This document shows, piece by piece, positions 39,684 through 50,678 of a DNA stretch of 64,000 bases (the first letter of the stretch is position 1; the number at the start of each line of letters is the position of its first letter). The stretch is from an uncultured Nitrososphaerota archaeon (lineage in GTDB: Archaea; Thermoproteota; Nitrososphaeria; Nitrososphaerales; Gagatemarchaeaceae). The translations under genes were made by a program, and so were the position numbers. The notes beneath the pieces were generated by a model, which saw only the letters and a list, made by a program, of their open reading frames with translations, was not told the origin of the DNA and did not search any database. The stretch covers positions 347,745 through 411,744 of the forward strand of contig CAWISW010000001.1 of NCBI GenBank assembly GCA_963838925.1. The letters run 5' to 3'.

Positions 39684-42164
39684 ATGAAGGACAGAGCGAG
39701 GGGAGGGGCTGCACTTGCCCTTGTCGCGTGCTCCTTGCTGGTCCTCTCTGGTCTCGCCTACCCTCACGCGAGCGCAGCTTCGACCTCTACGACAACCACG
39801 ACAACCTCCTCCGCGGCCGCCCCCGCGCAGGGGTCGACGCCCGAAGCGCTCTTCATCTCTGTGATACCGCCGAAGCTGCCCGCGGACGGCGGGACATACC
39901 CGGCCATAGTCGTCTCCCTCCAGAGCTCTGCGGGGAAGGCGTCTCTCGCCCTCAACGACACCGTGGTCTTCCTGACCTCGTCGCAGGTCGGCGTGGGAAC
40001 GGTCTCGAGCCAAGTCACGATACCAAGGGGAGCCGGCTTCGCCATCGCAAACTTCACGGCGGGCACGACCCCGGGCACCACGTCGATCTCGGCGTCCTCT
40101 GCGGGCCTCAGCTCGGCCTCGGGCCAGGTGACCACGGTGACCCCCAGCGGGCTCGCGTCCCACCTGAAGATAATCCCGGTCCCCGGTTCCCAGCTCGTCA
40201 ACCCGACGGGCCAGGGCACAGTCCTCGTCGAGACCCTGGACTCGGCAGGTCTCCCCGCAAAGACGAGCTCCGCGGTCACAGTGGCTCTCTCGTCCTCTAA
40301 CAACAACGTGGTCAACCTCCCGGACGACACGCTCACCGTCGCGAGCGGCTCCGTGCTCTCCTCCGTCCCCTATGACGTCGGGGTCTCCCCGGGCACGGCG
40401 ACGATAACGGGGTCCGCATCCGGGTACAACTCCGGCGCGGGCACGGTGACCGTCCAAGGTCCCTCACCCTTCGCCATCTCGATATTCGCGGAGCCCGACC
40501 CCCTGCCGACCTCGGCCTCTGGGCGCCTCGTCGTCACCCTCACCGACCCCGAGGGCAACCCCGCCCGGGCGCCCTCGCCTATCACCGTGGCGATCGCCTC
40601 GTCCAACACGACCGTGGTCTCCTCTGACCAGTCAGCGACGATACCCGCCGGCGAGATCTACGCCGTGGCCTCCTTCACGTCGGGCGCGGCCCCCGGGACG
40701 GCGAACCTGACCGCCTCCGCGCAAGGCCTGGCCTCCGACTTCGCCGTGGTCAGCGTGGTCAAGCCCTCCCAGCCCGTCAAGATCAGGCTCATCACGGCCC
40801 CCAACCCCGTCCTGGCCGACGAGGGCTCCTACGACTCGGTAATGGTGGCCCTCACCGACGCAGCAGGGGACCCGGCCGTCGCCTCCTCGAGCATAACGGT
40901 CACCCTCTCGTCCTCCAACGACAACGTCGGGACAATCGGCGGGAGCATCAACATCCCCGCGGGTTCCACCTACGCGGTGGCCTCCTTCGCCTCCACGTTC
41001 TTCGTCGGGAGCACCTCCATCACCGCGCTAGCGCAGAACCTCCAGTCCGCGACCGCGACCATGAGTAGCTACGGTCCTATCCCCGCCAAGGTGGTCGTCC
41101 AAGCGCTCCCCTCGAACCTGCCCGCCGACGGCGGCTCCTACTCAGCCCTCGAGGTGATGGTCGAGGACGCCAACGGGCTTCCGGCCGTAGCGCCTGTGGG
41201 CATCCCTGTCCAGCTCGCCAGCTCGAGCACCAACATAGCCATGGTGAACTCGACCGTCGTCATCGCCGCGGGCCAGAGCTACCTCCTCACCGACGTCGAG
41301 ACCACCATCTCGCCGGGGACGGCAAACATCACCGCCACCTCCTCTGGCTTCCCATCTTCTTCCACAGGATTCACCACGACGAGCCCCGCGCCCTCGCAGC
41401 TGGGGTTCTACATCGCCCCCTCCAGCGGAATCCAGTCCCTAGGGCGGGGCGGGGACGCGGTCATCGCGGTCCAGCTCCAGGACTCGACCTCCTCTCCTGC
41501 GCGCGCCAGGCAGGACACGCAGATCGTCGTGACCAGCTCCAACAGCAGCGTCATCTCAAAGCCGATCCAGCTCGACATCCCCGCGGGAGCGGACTATGCC
41601 TCGGCCCTGCTCAACACGACCTCGCCTGGGTCTAGCGTCCTTACCGCGTCCACCAGCGGCCTCGCCTCTGCGACCGCCAGCTTCACCGAGCTATCCGTCC
41701 CGGTCTCGATCACGCTCACCAGCTCCGTGCCGGTCATCGCGATAGGCGGGGTCGCGTCGCTCCAACTCCAGCTCCAGGTCATGGGCTCGCCGCTCGCCGG
41801 CGCCAACGTCACCTTCCAAGCCACCTCAGGCGAGGTCAGCCCGGCGACAGGGGTCACGGACTCCTCCGGTCAGCTCAGCAGCACGTTCATCGGGCAGCAG
41901 AACGGGGTCTCCACCATCACGGCGACGGTGAGCGACCCACTCATCGGCAACGGGACCGCCGGCACGAACGTCCTCATCACCCTACCAGGCGCGGCAGGAG
42001 CGGGGACGACAACGCACGGGGGCCTGGGCCTTCTCGGGACGCTTCTGCCAGTAGTCCTGGTCGTCGTTGTGATCGCCATCATCGCCTTCGGCGTGAGGAG
42101 GATAGTCAAGGGCAGAAGGGCTACCGCAGAGGAAGTCGAGGAGAAGGGCGCCGAGGGCTCCTAG
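39684..42164 (+). CDS. Ig-like (invasin/Big_1-type) repeat surface protein
   Basis: Repeated LPADG.S, V.L.SS, PGTA.ITAS units; GVTDSSGQ; C-terminal TM. Confidence 0.78.
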   Translation: MKDRARGGAALALVACSLLVLSGLAYPHASAASTSTTTTTTSSAAAPAQGSTPEALFISVIPPKLPADGGTYPAIVVSLQSSAGKASLALNDTVVFLTSSQVGVGTVSSQVTIPRGAGFAIANFTAGTTPGTTSISASSAGLSSASGQVTTVTPSGLASHLKIIPVPGSQLVNPTGQGTVLVETLDSAGLPAKTSSAVTVALSSSNNNVVNLPDDTLTVASGSVLSSVPYDVGVSPGTATITGSASGYNSGAGTVTVQGPSPFAISIFAEPDPLPTSASGRLVVTLTDPEGNPARAPSPITVAIASSNTTVVSSDQSATIPAGEIYAVASFTSGAAPGTANLTASAQGLASDFAVVSVVKPSQPVKIRLITAPNPVLADEGSYDSVMVALTDAAGDPAVASSSITVTLSSSNDNVGTIGGSINIPAGSTYAVASFASTFFVGSTSITALAQNLQSATATMSSYGPIPAKVVVQALPSNLPADGGSYSALEVMVEDANGLPAVAPVGIPVQLASSSTNIAMVNSTVVIAAGQSYLLTDVETTISPGTANITATSSGFPSSSTGFTTTSPAPSQLGFYIAPSSGIQSLGRGGDAVIAVQLQDSTSSPARARQDTQIVVTSSNSSVISKPIQLDIPAGADYASALLNTTSPGSSVLTASTSGLASATASFTELSVPVSITLTSSVPVIAIGGVASLQLQLQVMGSPLAGANVTFQATSGEVSPATGVTDSSGQLSSTFIGQQNGVSTITATVSDPLIGNGTAGTNVLITLPGAAGAGTTTHGGLGLLGTLLPVVLVVVVIAIIAFGVRRIVKGRRATAEEVEEKGAEGS

Positions 42165-42217
42165 GTTCCGACTTTCCAAGTATACTTTATCAACCGGACT
42201 CCGCGTTTCCAGCGCAC

Positions 42218-43417
42218 TTGGACGAACGGGCTCAGAGGCTCCTGATGCAGTACGGCCTTTCTGACAGGGAGTCCCTCGTCTATCTCAGCCTCCTCTCCAA
42301 CGGGACGCAGAGCGCGGGGGAGATAGCGAAGGCGGTCGAGATCCGCAGGATGGAGGCCTACAGGATAATCAAGAGGCTGGCGGACTCCGGGATAGTGGTG
42401 GCCACCCCCGGTAACCCGGTGAAGTACACTGGGGAGCCCATCGAGCAGGTGGTCGCCATGATGATGGAGCGCCAGATGAAGAAGCTCGAGGAGATGGAGA
42501 AGGGTCGCGCGGAGGTCGTCTCATTCGGTAGGACCCTCGCCCAGCCCTCAGCAAAGCAGCGCGAAGAGTACAGCTTCAAGATGGTGCAGGGCCGCGAGCA
42601 GATCTACAGCCAGATCATGAGGATGGTCGCCGGCGCGAGCGCCAGCCTCGAGATGGTCCTGACGCGCAACGACCTGCACCAGCTCCACCTCATGGGGCTC
42701 GCTGAGGGCCTGAAGGATGCGAAGAAGCGCGGGGTGAAGGCCCGAGCCATCAGCGTCTCGGACCACCAGACCACCGAGGCCTCGGAGGCGATTCTGCGCA
42801 CCGCCGACCTACGGCACTCGGACGACTTTGCAAAGAGCAGGATCGTAATCGCCGACCACTCCCAGGTGCTGGTATCGCTTGTGCTCGACGACGTCGTGGG
42901 AAGGAAGAACGAGAAGGACGTCGCCATCTGGACCAACAGCGGCGACTACGCCGGGACCATGGTCCCGATGTTCGACAAGGCCTTCTCGGGCAGCGTCGAG
43001 GCAAGAGAGCGCCTCCGCGACCTGAAGACGGGCAAGAAGTCAGAGGAGCGCGCAAAGGCGATGATAGACATAGTGAAGGCCTCGCTCCCGCTCGAGGGCT
43101 GGACGGTCGAGGCCCCCAGCATCGTGAAGGGGACCTCGGGGGCGGAGTACGAGGTCGGAGCTGCGATATCGAACGGAGGCAAGGGCTTCGCGCTCGAGGT
43201 CGTGATGGGGAACGACGAGGAGTCCACCCGCGAGCACATCATCGCCGCCGTGATGAAGGGGATCGAGATCAAGACCCCGAGGCTGGTGGTCGTCGCCTCG
43301 CCGTTCAGCGGGGACGAGCTGCAAAGGCTGGCGAACCTGGTGGGCGTCGTCCTGATAGACGGCGCAGACCCCGTGGCCGCCGCCGCGCGGCTCAGAAAAG
43401 AGATCTCTTCGGGCTGA
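42218..43417 (+). CDS. TrmB-family regulator with an extra C-terminal restriction-endonuclease-like domain
   Basis: YGLSDRESLVYLSLL..EIA..AY..L...G; PLD-like effector IVIAD; C-terminal GTSGAEYEV. Confidence 0.8.
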   Translation: MDERAQRLLMQYGLSDRESLVYLSLLSNGTQSAGEIAKAVEIRRMEAYRIIKRLADSGIVVATPGNPVKYTGEPIEQVVAMMMERQMKKLEEMEKGRAEVVSFGRTLAQPSAKQREEYSFKMVQGREQIYSQIMRMVAGASASLEMVLTRNDLHQLHLMGLAEGLKDAKKRGVKARAISVSDHQTTEASEAILRTADLRHSDDFAKSRIVIADHSQVLVSLVLDDVVGRKNEKDVAIWTNSGDYAGTMVPMFDKAFSGSVEARERLRDLKTGKKSEERAKAMIDIVKASLPLEGWTVEAPSIVKGTSGAEYEVGAAISNGGKGFALEVVMGNDEESTREHIIAAVMKGIEIKTPRLVVVASPFSGDELQRLANLVGVVLIDGADPVAAAARLRKEISSG

Positions 43418-43439
43418 GAGCGGATCTAGCGGCTCGCGG

Positions 43440-43793
43440 TCAGGTGGTCTGGTAGCCTACGGTGATCAGGATGAACTCGTGCAGGGCCTTGGTCAGCGAC
43501 CTTATCCCCTCGATCTCGTCCTTCCGCATCCTTAGGAAGGGCAGCGTGAACAGTACTGAGACTGTGGTGACGGGGACCTTGTCGCTCCCGACCACCGAGA
43601 GCTTCACCTTCTTGTAAGCGTCGTCGAACGAGAACGTGTAGAAGTTCTTCCTCTTCGAGCCCTTCTCGAATATCAGGGAATGGTCCTCCTCCCTAGTGAA
43701 CTTGTACTTGAAACCCGTGAGATACTTGACGCAGAGGTCTCTTACGTCGCCCCGCCTCGCATCGATAGTGAAAGTCTCCAGATGCTCAGCCAT
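43440..43793 (-). CDS. Hypothetical protein
   Basis: 117-aa ORF with host-like codon usage; ATG 43793. Confidence 0.6.
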   Translation of the reverse strand: MAEHLETFTIDARRGDVRDLCVKYLTGFKYKFTREEDHSLIFEKGSKRKNFYTFSFDDAYKKVKLSVVGSDKVPVTTVSVLFTLPFLRMRKDEIEGIRSLTKALHEFILITVGYQTT

Positions 43794-44000
43794 TGCACGA
43801 AGTAACTTCTCTGAGCATATAACGGGGGTGAACAACTTGTTCTCCGCGAGCGGCCGGAGAGCCGACGAGAGGAGGCCCGCCGTCCATGCAAGGCCGTCTT
43901 TGCATGGTGGGCCCGTCCGGAGCCCGCCGGGGGGCGGTCCGTATGCCCGGAAGTTACACACTCTTTTAAATAGTAAGAAGGCATTCTTTTTGTAAAATCT

Positions 44001-47000
44001 TTGAAGCTCCCGAAGGCGTGGCTCTTTGAGCTCACGATAGTGGTGCTCGCCGACTTTCTTATCGGCTACCTGACGGTAGAGAGCCTCGACTCGTTCACCG
44101 GGGCGCACTACAGCCTCCCCATATCGTCGCTCCTCGTGACCACCCTGGGCCTGTCGCCGCTCGCCTCGGGCCTCGTCGTGGGGGCGGGCCTGGTCTCCGT
44201 CTCGGGAGCGTTCGTATATTGGCTCTGGAGGTACACCCCCCAGATCCTCACGAGCCGCCTCAGCGCAGGCAGGCCTGCGGCCCAAGCCGCGCCCAAGGCG
44301 AAGAACGAGGGGATGAGGGTGGGGGAGATGAAGTTCGAGGAGAGCACGGCGACCCACCCGTTCGTGGACGTCGTCCAGCTAGAGGGCTACCCCCTGAACA
44401 TCTACGCCGCCGTGACGAAGGAGGAGGGAAGGGAGGGCTACACCTACGTCGTCATCGAGCCGACGCTCTCCGAGGCCGAGAAGGCCAGCCTCGACGACAT
44501 CAAGAAGCTCCTGATAGACGAGCTCGACGTCGACCTCAGGAACATCGAGAGCGCACAGAAGGCCGAGGTCTATATCTCGACCAAGGTCAAGGAGCTCGCG
44601 CGGAAGTACGGGTACAAGATCCCGCCGCCCACGATGACCAAGCTCCTCTATTACCTAACCCGCGACTTCATCCACCTCGGCAAGATCGAGCCGCTGATGC
44701 GTGACAAGCTGATAGAGGACATCAGCTGCGACGGCGCGGGCATCCCCATCTACATCTGGTACCGCGACTACGAGTCGATACCCACGAACATCACGTTCGA
44801 GACCGACGACGAGCTCGACACCTTCGTCTCCAAGCTCGCGTACTCCGCGGGCAAGCACGTCTCCCTCGCGGAGCCGATCGTCGACGCCTCGCTCACGGAC
44901 GGGAGCAGGCTCCACCTCACCTACGGCAAGGAGATCACCCAGAAGGGGAGCACGTTCACGATAAGGAAGTTCAGGGTCGACCCGCTCACCATCGTCGACC
45001 TCATCCGCTACAACACGCTCAGCTCCGACGTCGCGGCCTACCTCTGGTACCTCATCGAGAAGAAGCTCGCCCTCCTCGTCGCCGGCGGGACCGCCTCGGG
45101 GAAGAGCATCCCTCACGACGAGAAGGTCCTCGTGTACAAGGGCGGCAGGCAGGTCCTTGTCTCGATAGGGGGCCTTTTCGACGAGATGGCTGCTTCTGGG
45201 ACCAGCATCAAGGAAGGCGTCTACGAGACTATCGAGTGCGAAGGACTTCAGACCGCTGCGTTCGGCTCCGACCTGAAAGTCGACCGGTTTGACGTGAAGT
45301 CGGTGGTTCGGCACCCCGCTCCGGACACGATCTACGCCCTCAGGACAAGGTCTGGGAGAACAGTCAGAGCGACGGGGGATCACTCGGTCTTCACAATCTC
45401 GGGCGGTGACGTTACGCCGTTCCCGACAGCGAGTGTAACGCAAGGCATGTTCATCGCGGTCCCTCGATACACCCCAGAGTCGCCTTCGCCACCCAGAATC
45501 ATAAACCTCCTAGAGATTCTTGCCAGAGGCCGCACGCCCGTCTACGTGGAGAACGTCGCAGGCCTAGTCCAATCCGCGGTCGAGAAGCTCGGCGAGCATG
45601 AAGTGTCGCGCATTCTAGGTATCAGACTGCGCTCCATCCGAGAGGGAGTAAAAGACGGCTTTCTCGCCGCGAGGGTCGACAAGTTCCTCGATCTGGCGGC
45701 AGCAGCCGGCATTCCTGTCAAGACTGAGAGCCTATGGGTTCGGTCCAAGACACACCGGAGGTTCAAGCTGAGGGCAGAGCTGCCGATGACCAAGTCCTTG
45801 GCAAGGTTCCTGGGTTACTGGACAGCGGAAGGGATGTATCAGGAGAAAGGAGTCTCCCTCTTCCAGCTGGATCCTCTGACGAGAACCGACATGCTCGACT
45901 CCGCCCTGGTTGCCTTTGGGCTCGCTGGACGCAGCAACAAGGGAGACAGGACGAGAATGGACTTCAATTCGAGCTTAGTCATGGCTGTCCTCAAGGGGGT
46001 GTTTGGAGAGGGGAGCGGCTCAGGGAGCAAGAGGATTCCCGGAATCATCCTTGGGGAGTCCAACGAGTTCATGGCTGAGTATCTCCGCGCCTATTTCACT
46101 GGAGACGCTTCGGCCGGCTCCGTCATCGAAGCCTCGACGAAGAGTCGAGAGCTGGCCTATCAATTGCTGTACGCGCTAGCTCGGTTCGAAATCGTCGCGC
46201 GCACGAGTCCTAAGATCGTAAACGGAAGAAAGTACCATAGGGTGTCCATCTTCGGACAACCAAACCTGAAGAGGTTCGAGGAGAAGATCGGTTTCGTCGA
46301 CAGGGCTAGGCAGTCCAAGCTTCGAGACGCTGTTGCCGCGCAGATCCAACCGCACACCAACGTTGACACCATTCCAGGGATCGCCCCGCTCCTGAAGGAA
46401 GCGTTGCTCTTCAAGCACGGCAAGGAGAAGAGAGAGGTGTGGGACGACTGGCATTCGTACTGGTCGCCCACAAAGCGAAAATCGATCGGAAGGTCGACTC
46501 TGATCTCCTTTGTGAAGGAGACAGGGGCGCAGCAAAGCGTAGAGCAGAGGCTATCGGCCCTGGCCTATTCTGACATCTTCTGGGATGAGGTCGTCGAGGT
46601 CGAGAAGACCGACTATGACGGCAAGTATGTGTATGACTTGGAGGTGCCTGGAGCACAGAACTTTGTGGGTGGGGCGGGAGGCGTGTTCCTACACAACACG
46701 ACCACATTGAACGCTTTGTCGATGTTCATCGAGCCAGGCGAGAAGATCGTTTCGGTCGAGGATACTCCAGAGTTGAATCTGCCCCATGAGAACTGGATCC
46801 AGTCCGTGACGAGGGGCGTCGGGACGGCCGGCGAGATCACCATGTTCGACCTCGTGAAGGCGTCCCTCAGGCAGCGCCCCGACGTGCTGATAGTGGGAGA
46901 GGTCAGGGGAGAGGAGGCCTTCACGCTGCTCCAGTCCATCGCCAGTGTGACAGGCGATAGCGAGGTGTTGGTCAAACGAAATGGAATCACGAGTCTCGAG

Positions 47001-48900
47001 GGCATCGGTGGGCTCGTAGATAGGGCGTACAAAGGCGACCTCGAGCGCATCCCTGTGGCAATGGACGGGGTCGAGGTTCTGACTTTCGATTCGCAAAATC
47101 GCATAGTCTTTGCTCCAGTTCGATATGCCCTGCGGCATCGGGCGGACGAGATTTACTCCGTGCGCTATTCGGGGGGTTTGGTCAAAGCCACAGCAAGCCA
47201 CTCAGTATTTGTTTTCGACGAGGACGGCAACCTGACCGCGAAGCCCGTGAAAGATCTGACCCGAAGCGACGTGATGGCGAGTTTTTGCGGCTCCGACGTT
47301 CCGCGCGAAGTGCCTGTAATTAACGTACGAGAACTACTGGAGGCCGAGAGCTCCGAACGATTGATCGATTCGAGGGAAAGAGCGACCTGTCCCCGGTGTG
47401 GTTCGAACGAAACGATAAGGAAAGGTAGGTATTCAACGGACTGGCGCTACATCTGTAACAGTTGCAAGAGGATCTTCAATGGCAAGACGCAGATGGTCCA
47501 GCCTCGAAAACGAGCTCTTACAGTCGGATGGCACCATGTTGGTAGCCTTTGCGCGCTCCAAGACCCTGCCTCCTGAGATAGCGGTCGACCCTGAATTCGC
47601 GGAGGTGCTCGGAGTGTACCTGGCCGACGGCTGCGTGAAGCATGACGGGAAGGCCAGCAGAATAAACTTCTCGCTCGGCAAGGGCGAGAAGGAAATCTAC
47701 GTCCCGGTCCTGAACAGCTTTTTCGCCCGGTTTAATGTCGAGCCGACCGTGGACGACCGAGGAAGCTATGTCATGCTTGACTTCAATCACACCCTGCTGG
47801 CAAAGCTATTCGAGTCCCTTTGCGGCGCCAAGCTGACCGAGAAACGGCTGCCCAGCTTCATCTGGGGGGCTCCCACCGGAATCGTAGTCTCCTTCCTTGA
47901 GGGCTGGAAGGCGGATGCCAGGCGAAAGACGAAAAGGACAGATGTCAGCTATAGCTCCGTGAGGCCGGACCTCGTTCGATCCATATCGTGGTTGGCAAGG
48001 ATGAATGGCATGACATCATTCATCTCCGAGCGCAGCAGCAAATACCAATCGGTCTACACTTCCGCCCATGAAGGGGCGAAGAACCGGGCGATTCCAGCAG
48101 CTCCCATTCTGAAGCTCAAGCGGCTCTTGAAATCAACCGCATGGAGATACTCGCCCTCGCCGCGCGCAAAGACCATCCGAAAAATCGTTTCCGAGAGAGC
48201 GCTCGAGGAAATAATAGCAAAGAGAACGAGGAACATGACCGAGGAAAGTGAACGCCTCGTCAAGACAATTCGAGGACTGATCAAGGGTTCGATGATAGCG
48301 TCGAGGGTGCTGAGCGTGGAAAAATTGCCGTTTGAAGGATTCGTATACGACTTGTCCGTCCCTGAGACAGAGGCCTTCTTCGGAGGAGACTCACCGGTGG
48401 CTCTGCACAACACTGGTCACGGCGGCCTCGGGACGATCCACGCCGACTCGGTGGAGGCGGTCATCAACAGGTTGACCACCGAGCCGATGAACATCCCCCG
48501 GAGCCTCGTGGGGACGACCCTCGACTGCATCGTCATGCAGCTCAAGATCAGGATGGCCGACAGGTCGGTGAGGCGGGTCGTCGCCGTGACCGAGGTCGTG
48601 GGCCACGACTCGAGGACCGACGAGATAATCCTCAACGACGCCTTCAAGTGGGACCCCGTGGTCGACAAGTTCGCCTTCACCGGGAGGAGCAAGCTCTTCG
48701 ACAAGATCACCCAGAAGTTCGGGACAAGGCCCGAGGAGATACGCCGGGAGATAGACGGGAGGAAGGTCTTCCTCGACTGGCTCGTCGCGAAGAACATCAG
48801 GGGCCACGAGGAGGTCTCGAACCAGGTCAGGGAGTTCTACGCGGGTCCTTACGCGGTCATCAACAAGGCCAAGGTCGAGCTGGAGGGCCTGAAGGCATGA
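44001..48900 (+). CDS. Type IV pilus/secretion ATPase (VirB11/FlaI-like) with two inteins; +1 frameshift at ~47500 inside intein 2
   Basis: IEDISCDG, GSTFTIRKF, Walker A GGTASGK|T, VEDTPEL, RQRPD..VGEVRG.EA, |TGHGGLGTIHADS. Confidence 0.9.
45105..46697 (+). mobile_element. Intein 1 with LAGLIDADG homing endonuclease, inserted in Walker A
   Basis: Starts SIPHDEK; block B RATGDHSVF; FLGYWTAEG and YLRAYFTGDA; ends VYDLEV..NF..FLHN|T. Confidence 0.92.
46944..48411 (+). mobile_element. Intein 2 with Zn ribbon and LAGLIDADG domain (frameshifted)
   Basis: Starts SVTGDSEV; KATASHSVF; LGVYLADG and FLEGWKADA; ends VYDLSV..F..ALHN|T. Confidence 0.88.
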
Positions 48901-49799
48901 CAACGAAGGGCAGCGGCTCCAGCATAGGGTTCTTCGGCGCAGCCTACGTCCTCATGCAGCCCTACCTCAACCGCTTCGACAGGTACTTCACCGAGCTCGG
49001 CCCCCAGCTCTCGAAGGCGGGCCTGCGCATCACCTACAAGGCCTACGTCGCGGGGACGGTGATGGCGTCGCTCGTCGGGATAGTCGGCGGGGCTCTCGCG
49101 GGCTTCCTGACCGCGGTCTACCTCAACACGTTCCTGGTCTTCCGCATCGCGATGCCCTTCGGGTTCGCCCTGATGGGGGGCGCCGTCACCTTCGGCGCCT
49201 TCTACATCTATCCACAGTTCCTCGCGGGCTCCCGCAGGCGCAAGCTCGACTCCCAGCTCTCGTTCACGGTCGGGCACATGGCCGTCCTAGCCTCGGCGGG
49301 CATGACGCCAGAGAAGATGTTCCACTCGCTCGCGGAGGAGGACTCCACGGACGTCGTCAACCAGGAGGCGAAGATGGTGGTGAGGGACATGAACCTCCTG
49401 GGGATGGACCTCCAGCACGCCCTCGAGGCGGAGCAGAAGCGGTCCCCCTCTGAGGCCTTCGCGGACTTCCTCGACGGCTTCATCTCGGCCTCCAAGACCG
49501 GGGGCGAGGTGAAGTCCTACCTGCTCAGGACCGCCTCTTCGCTGATGCTCGACAAGCGGCTGAAGGCGAGGTCGATAGGGGAGTCCGTAGGGTTCGTCGC
49601 CGAGCTGTACACCATCCTCCTGGTCGTCACCCCCCTGCTCCTCCTCATCATGTTCTCGGTCATAGGCATCGTCTCGGGGAGCATAGGCGGGTTCAACATC
49701 CTCACCCTGATCTACATCATCACCTACGCGATGGTCCCGCTCGGGGGCCTCACCGTCCTCGTCGTCGCGGACTCGACGATAAGCAAGGAGCTCGCGTGA
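48897..49799 (+). CDS. Type II secretion F-domain (TadC/PilC-like) membrane platform protein
   Basis: RRRKLDSQL..MAVLASAG..SPS..FLDG..TGG. Confidence 0.85.
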   Translation: MTTKGSGSSIGFFGAAYVLMQPYLNRFDRYFTELGPQLSKAGLRITYKAYVAGTVMASLVGIVGGALAGFLTAVYLNTFLVFRIAMPFGFALMGGAVTFGAFYIYPQFLAGSRRRKLDSQLSFTVGHMAVLASAGMTPEKMFHSLAEEDSTDVVNQEAKMVVRDMNLLGMDLQHALEAEQKRSPSEAFADFLDGFISASKTGGEVKSYLLRTASSLMLDKRLKARSIGESVGFVAELYTILLVVTPLLLLIMFSVIGIVSGSIGGFNILTLIYIITYAMVPLGGLTVLVVADSTISKELA

Positions 49800-49800
49800 C

Positions 49801-50670
49801 ATGAAGCTCCGAGAGCTGCACTACAGGAGGCCGCTGATGTACGGGATCACTGCGGCGGCGGCGGCGGCAGCCGCGGCGGTGATCTTCGTCGCCAACGCCT
49901 TCCTACGGGTGCCCCTGCCCTTCCCGCTGGTCACCATGATAATCCTGGCGGCCATAGGGTGCTACGTCTTCCCCGGGCTCGCCGAGCGGTCGTACAACAG
50001 GTGGCGCACCAAGATAGACGACAACATCCCGAACATGCTGGCCGATGTCGCGGGGAGCGTGCGCAGCGGTTTCAACATCACGAGGGCGATGGAGATCGCG
50101 GCCGAGACCGACTACGGCCCCCTCACTGAGCAGCTCAAGATGGACAAGATCCAGCTATCGTGGGGCCTCACCTTCGAGCAGGTGATGCACAACCAGGAGA
50201 AGCGCGTGGACTCGCAGCTGGCCAAGCGCACCTTCGCGTCGCTGGCGCAGGCGAGCAAGTCGGGCGGGAAGATACAGGACGTCCTCGACGCCATCCAGCA
50301 GCACACTACGGAGCTCCACCAGATCGAGAAGGAGACGAAGAACGCCCTCCGCCCGTACATCTCGACCATCTACATCGCGGTGGGAATATTCCTCGCCATC
50401 TCGGTCGTCCTCATCGACAGCTTCTTCACGCAGATATTCGCCTCGCAGGCAAAGGTCGGCGCCACGGGTGGCGCCTCGATCTTCGCGGGCCTGGGTGGCC
50501 TCAACCTCCCCGCCCTCAAGCAGGCCTTCCTCCAGATGGGCCTGATGGAGGCGGTCTTCGGAGGCCTGGGCGCCGGCAAGCTCGGGGAGGCGTCCTTCGC
50601 GGCCGGGTTCAAGCACGTGATAGCGCTGGCGGTCCTGAACATCGTGGTCTTCACCATATTCGTGAGTTGA
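49801..50670 (+). CDS. Second T2SS F-domain (TadC-like) protein
   Basis: IDDNIPNMLAD..SG..YGPL..SGG..AGKL..G.KH. Confidence 0.85.
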   Translation: MKLRELHYRRPLMYGITAAAAAAAAAVIFVANAFLRVPLPFPLVTMIILAAIGCYVFPGLAERSYNRWRTKIDDNIPNMLADVAGSVRSGFNITRAMEIAAETDYGPLTEQLKMDKIQLSWGLTFEQVMHNQEKRVDSQLAKRTFASLAQASKSGGKIQDVLDAIQQHTTELHQIEKETKNALRPYISTIYIAVGIFLAISVVLIDSFFTQIFASQAKVGATGGASIFAGLGGLNLPALKQAFLQMGLMEAVFGGLGAGKLGEASFAAGFKHVIALAVLNIVVFTIFVS

Positions 50671-50678
50671 GATAGAAG

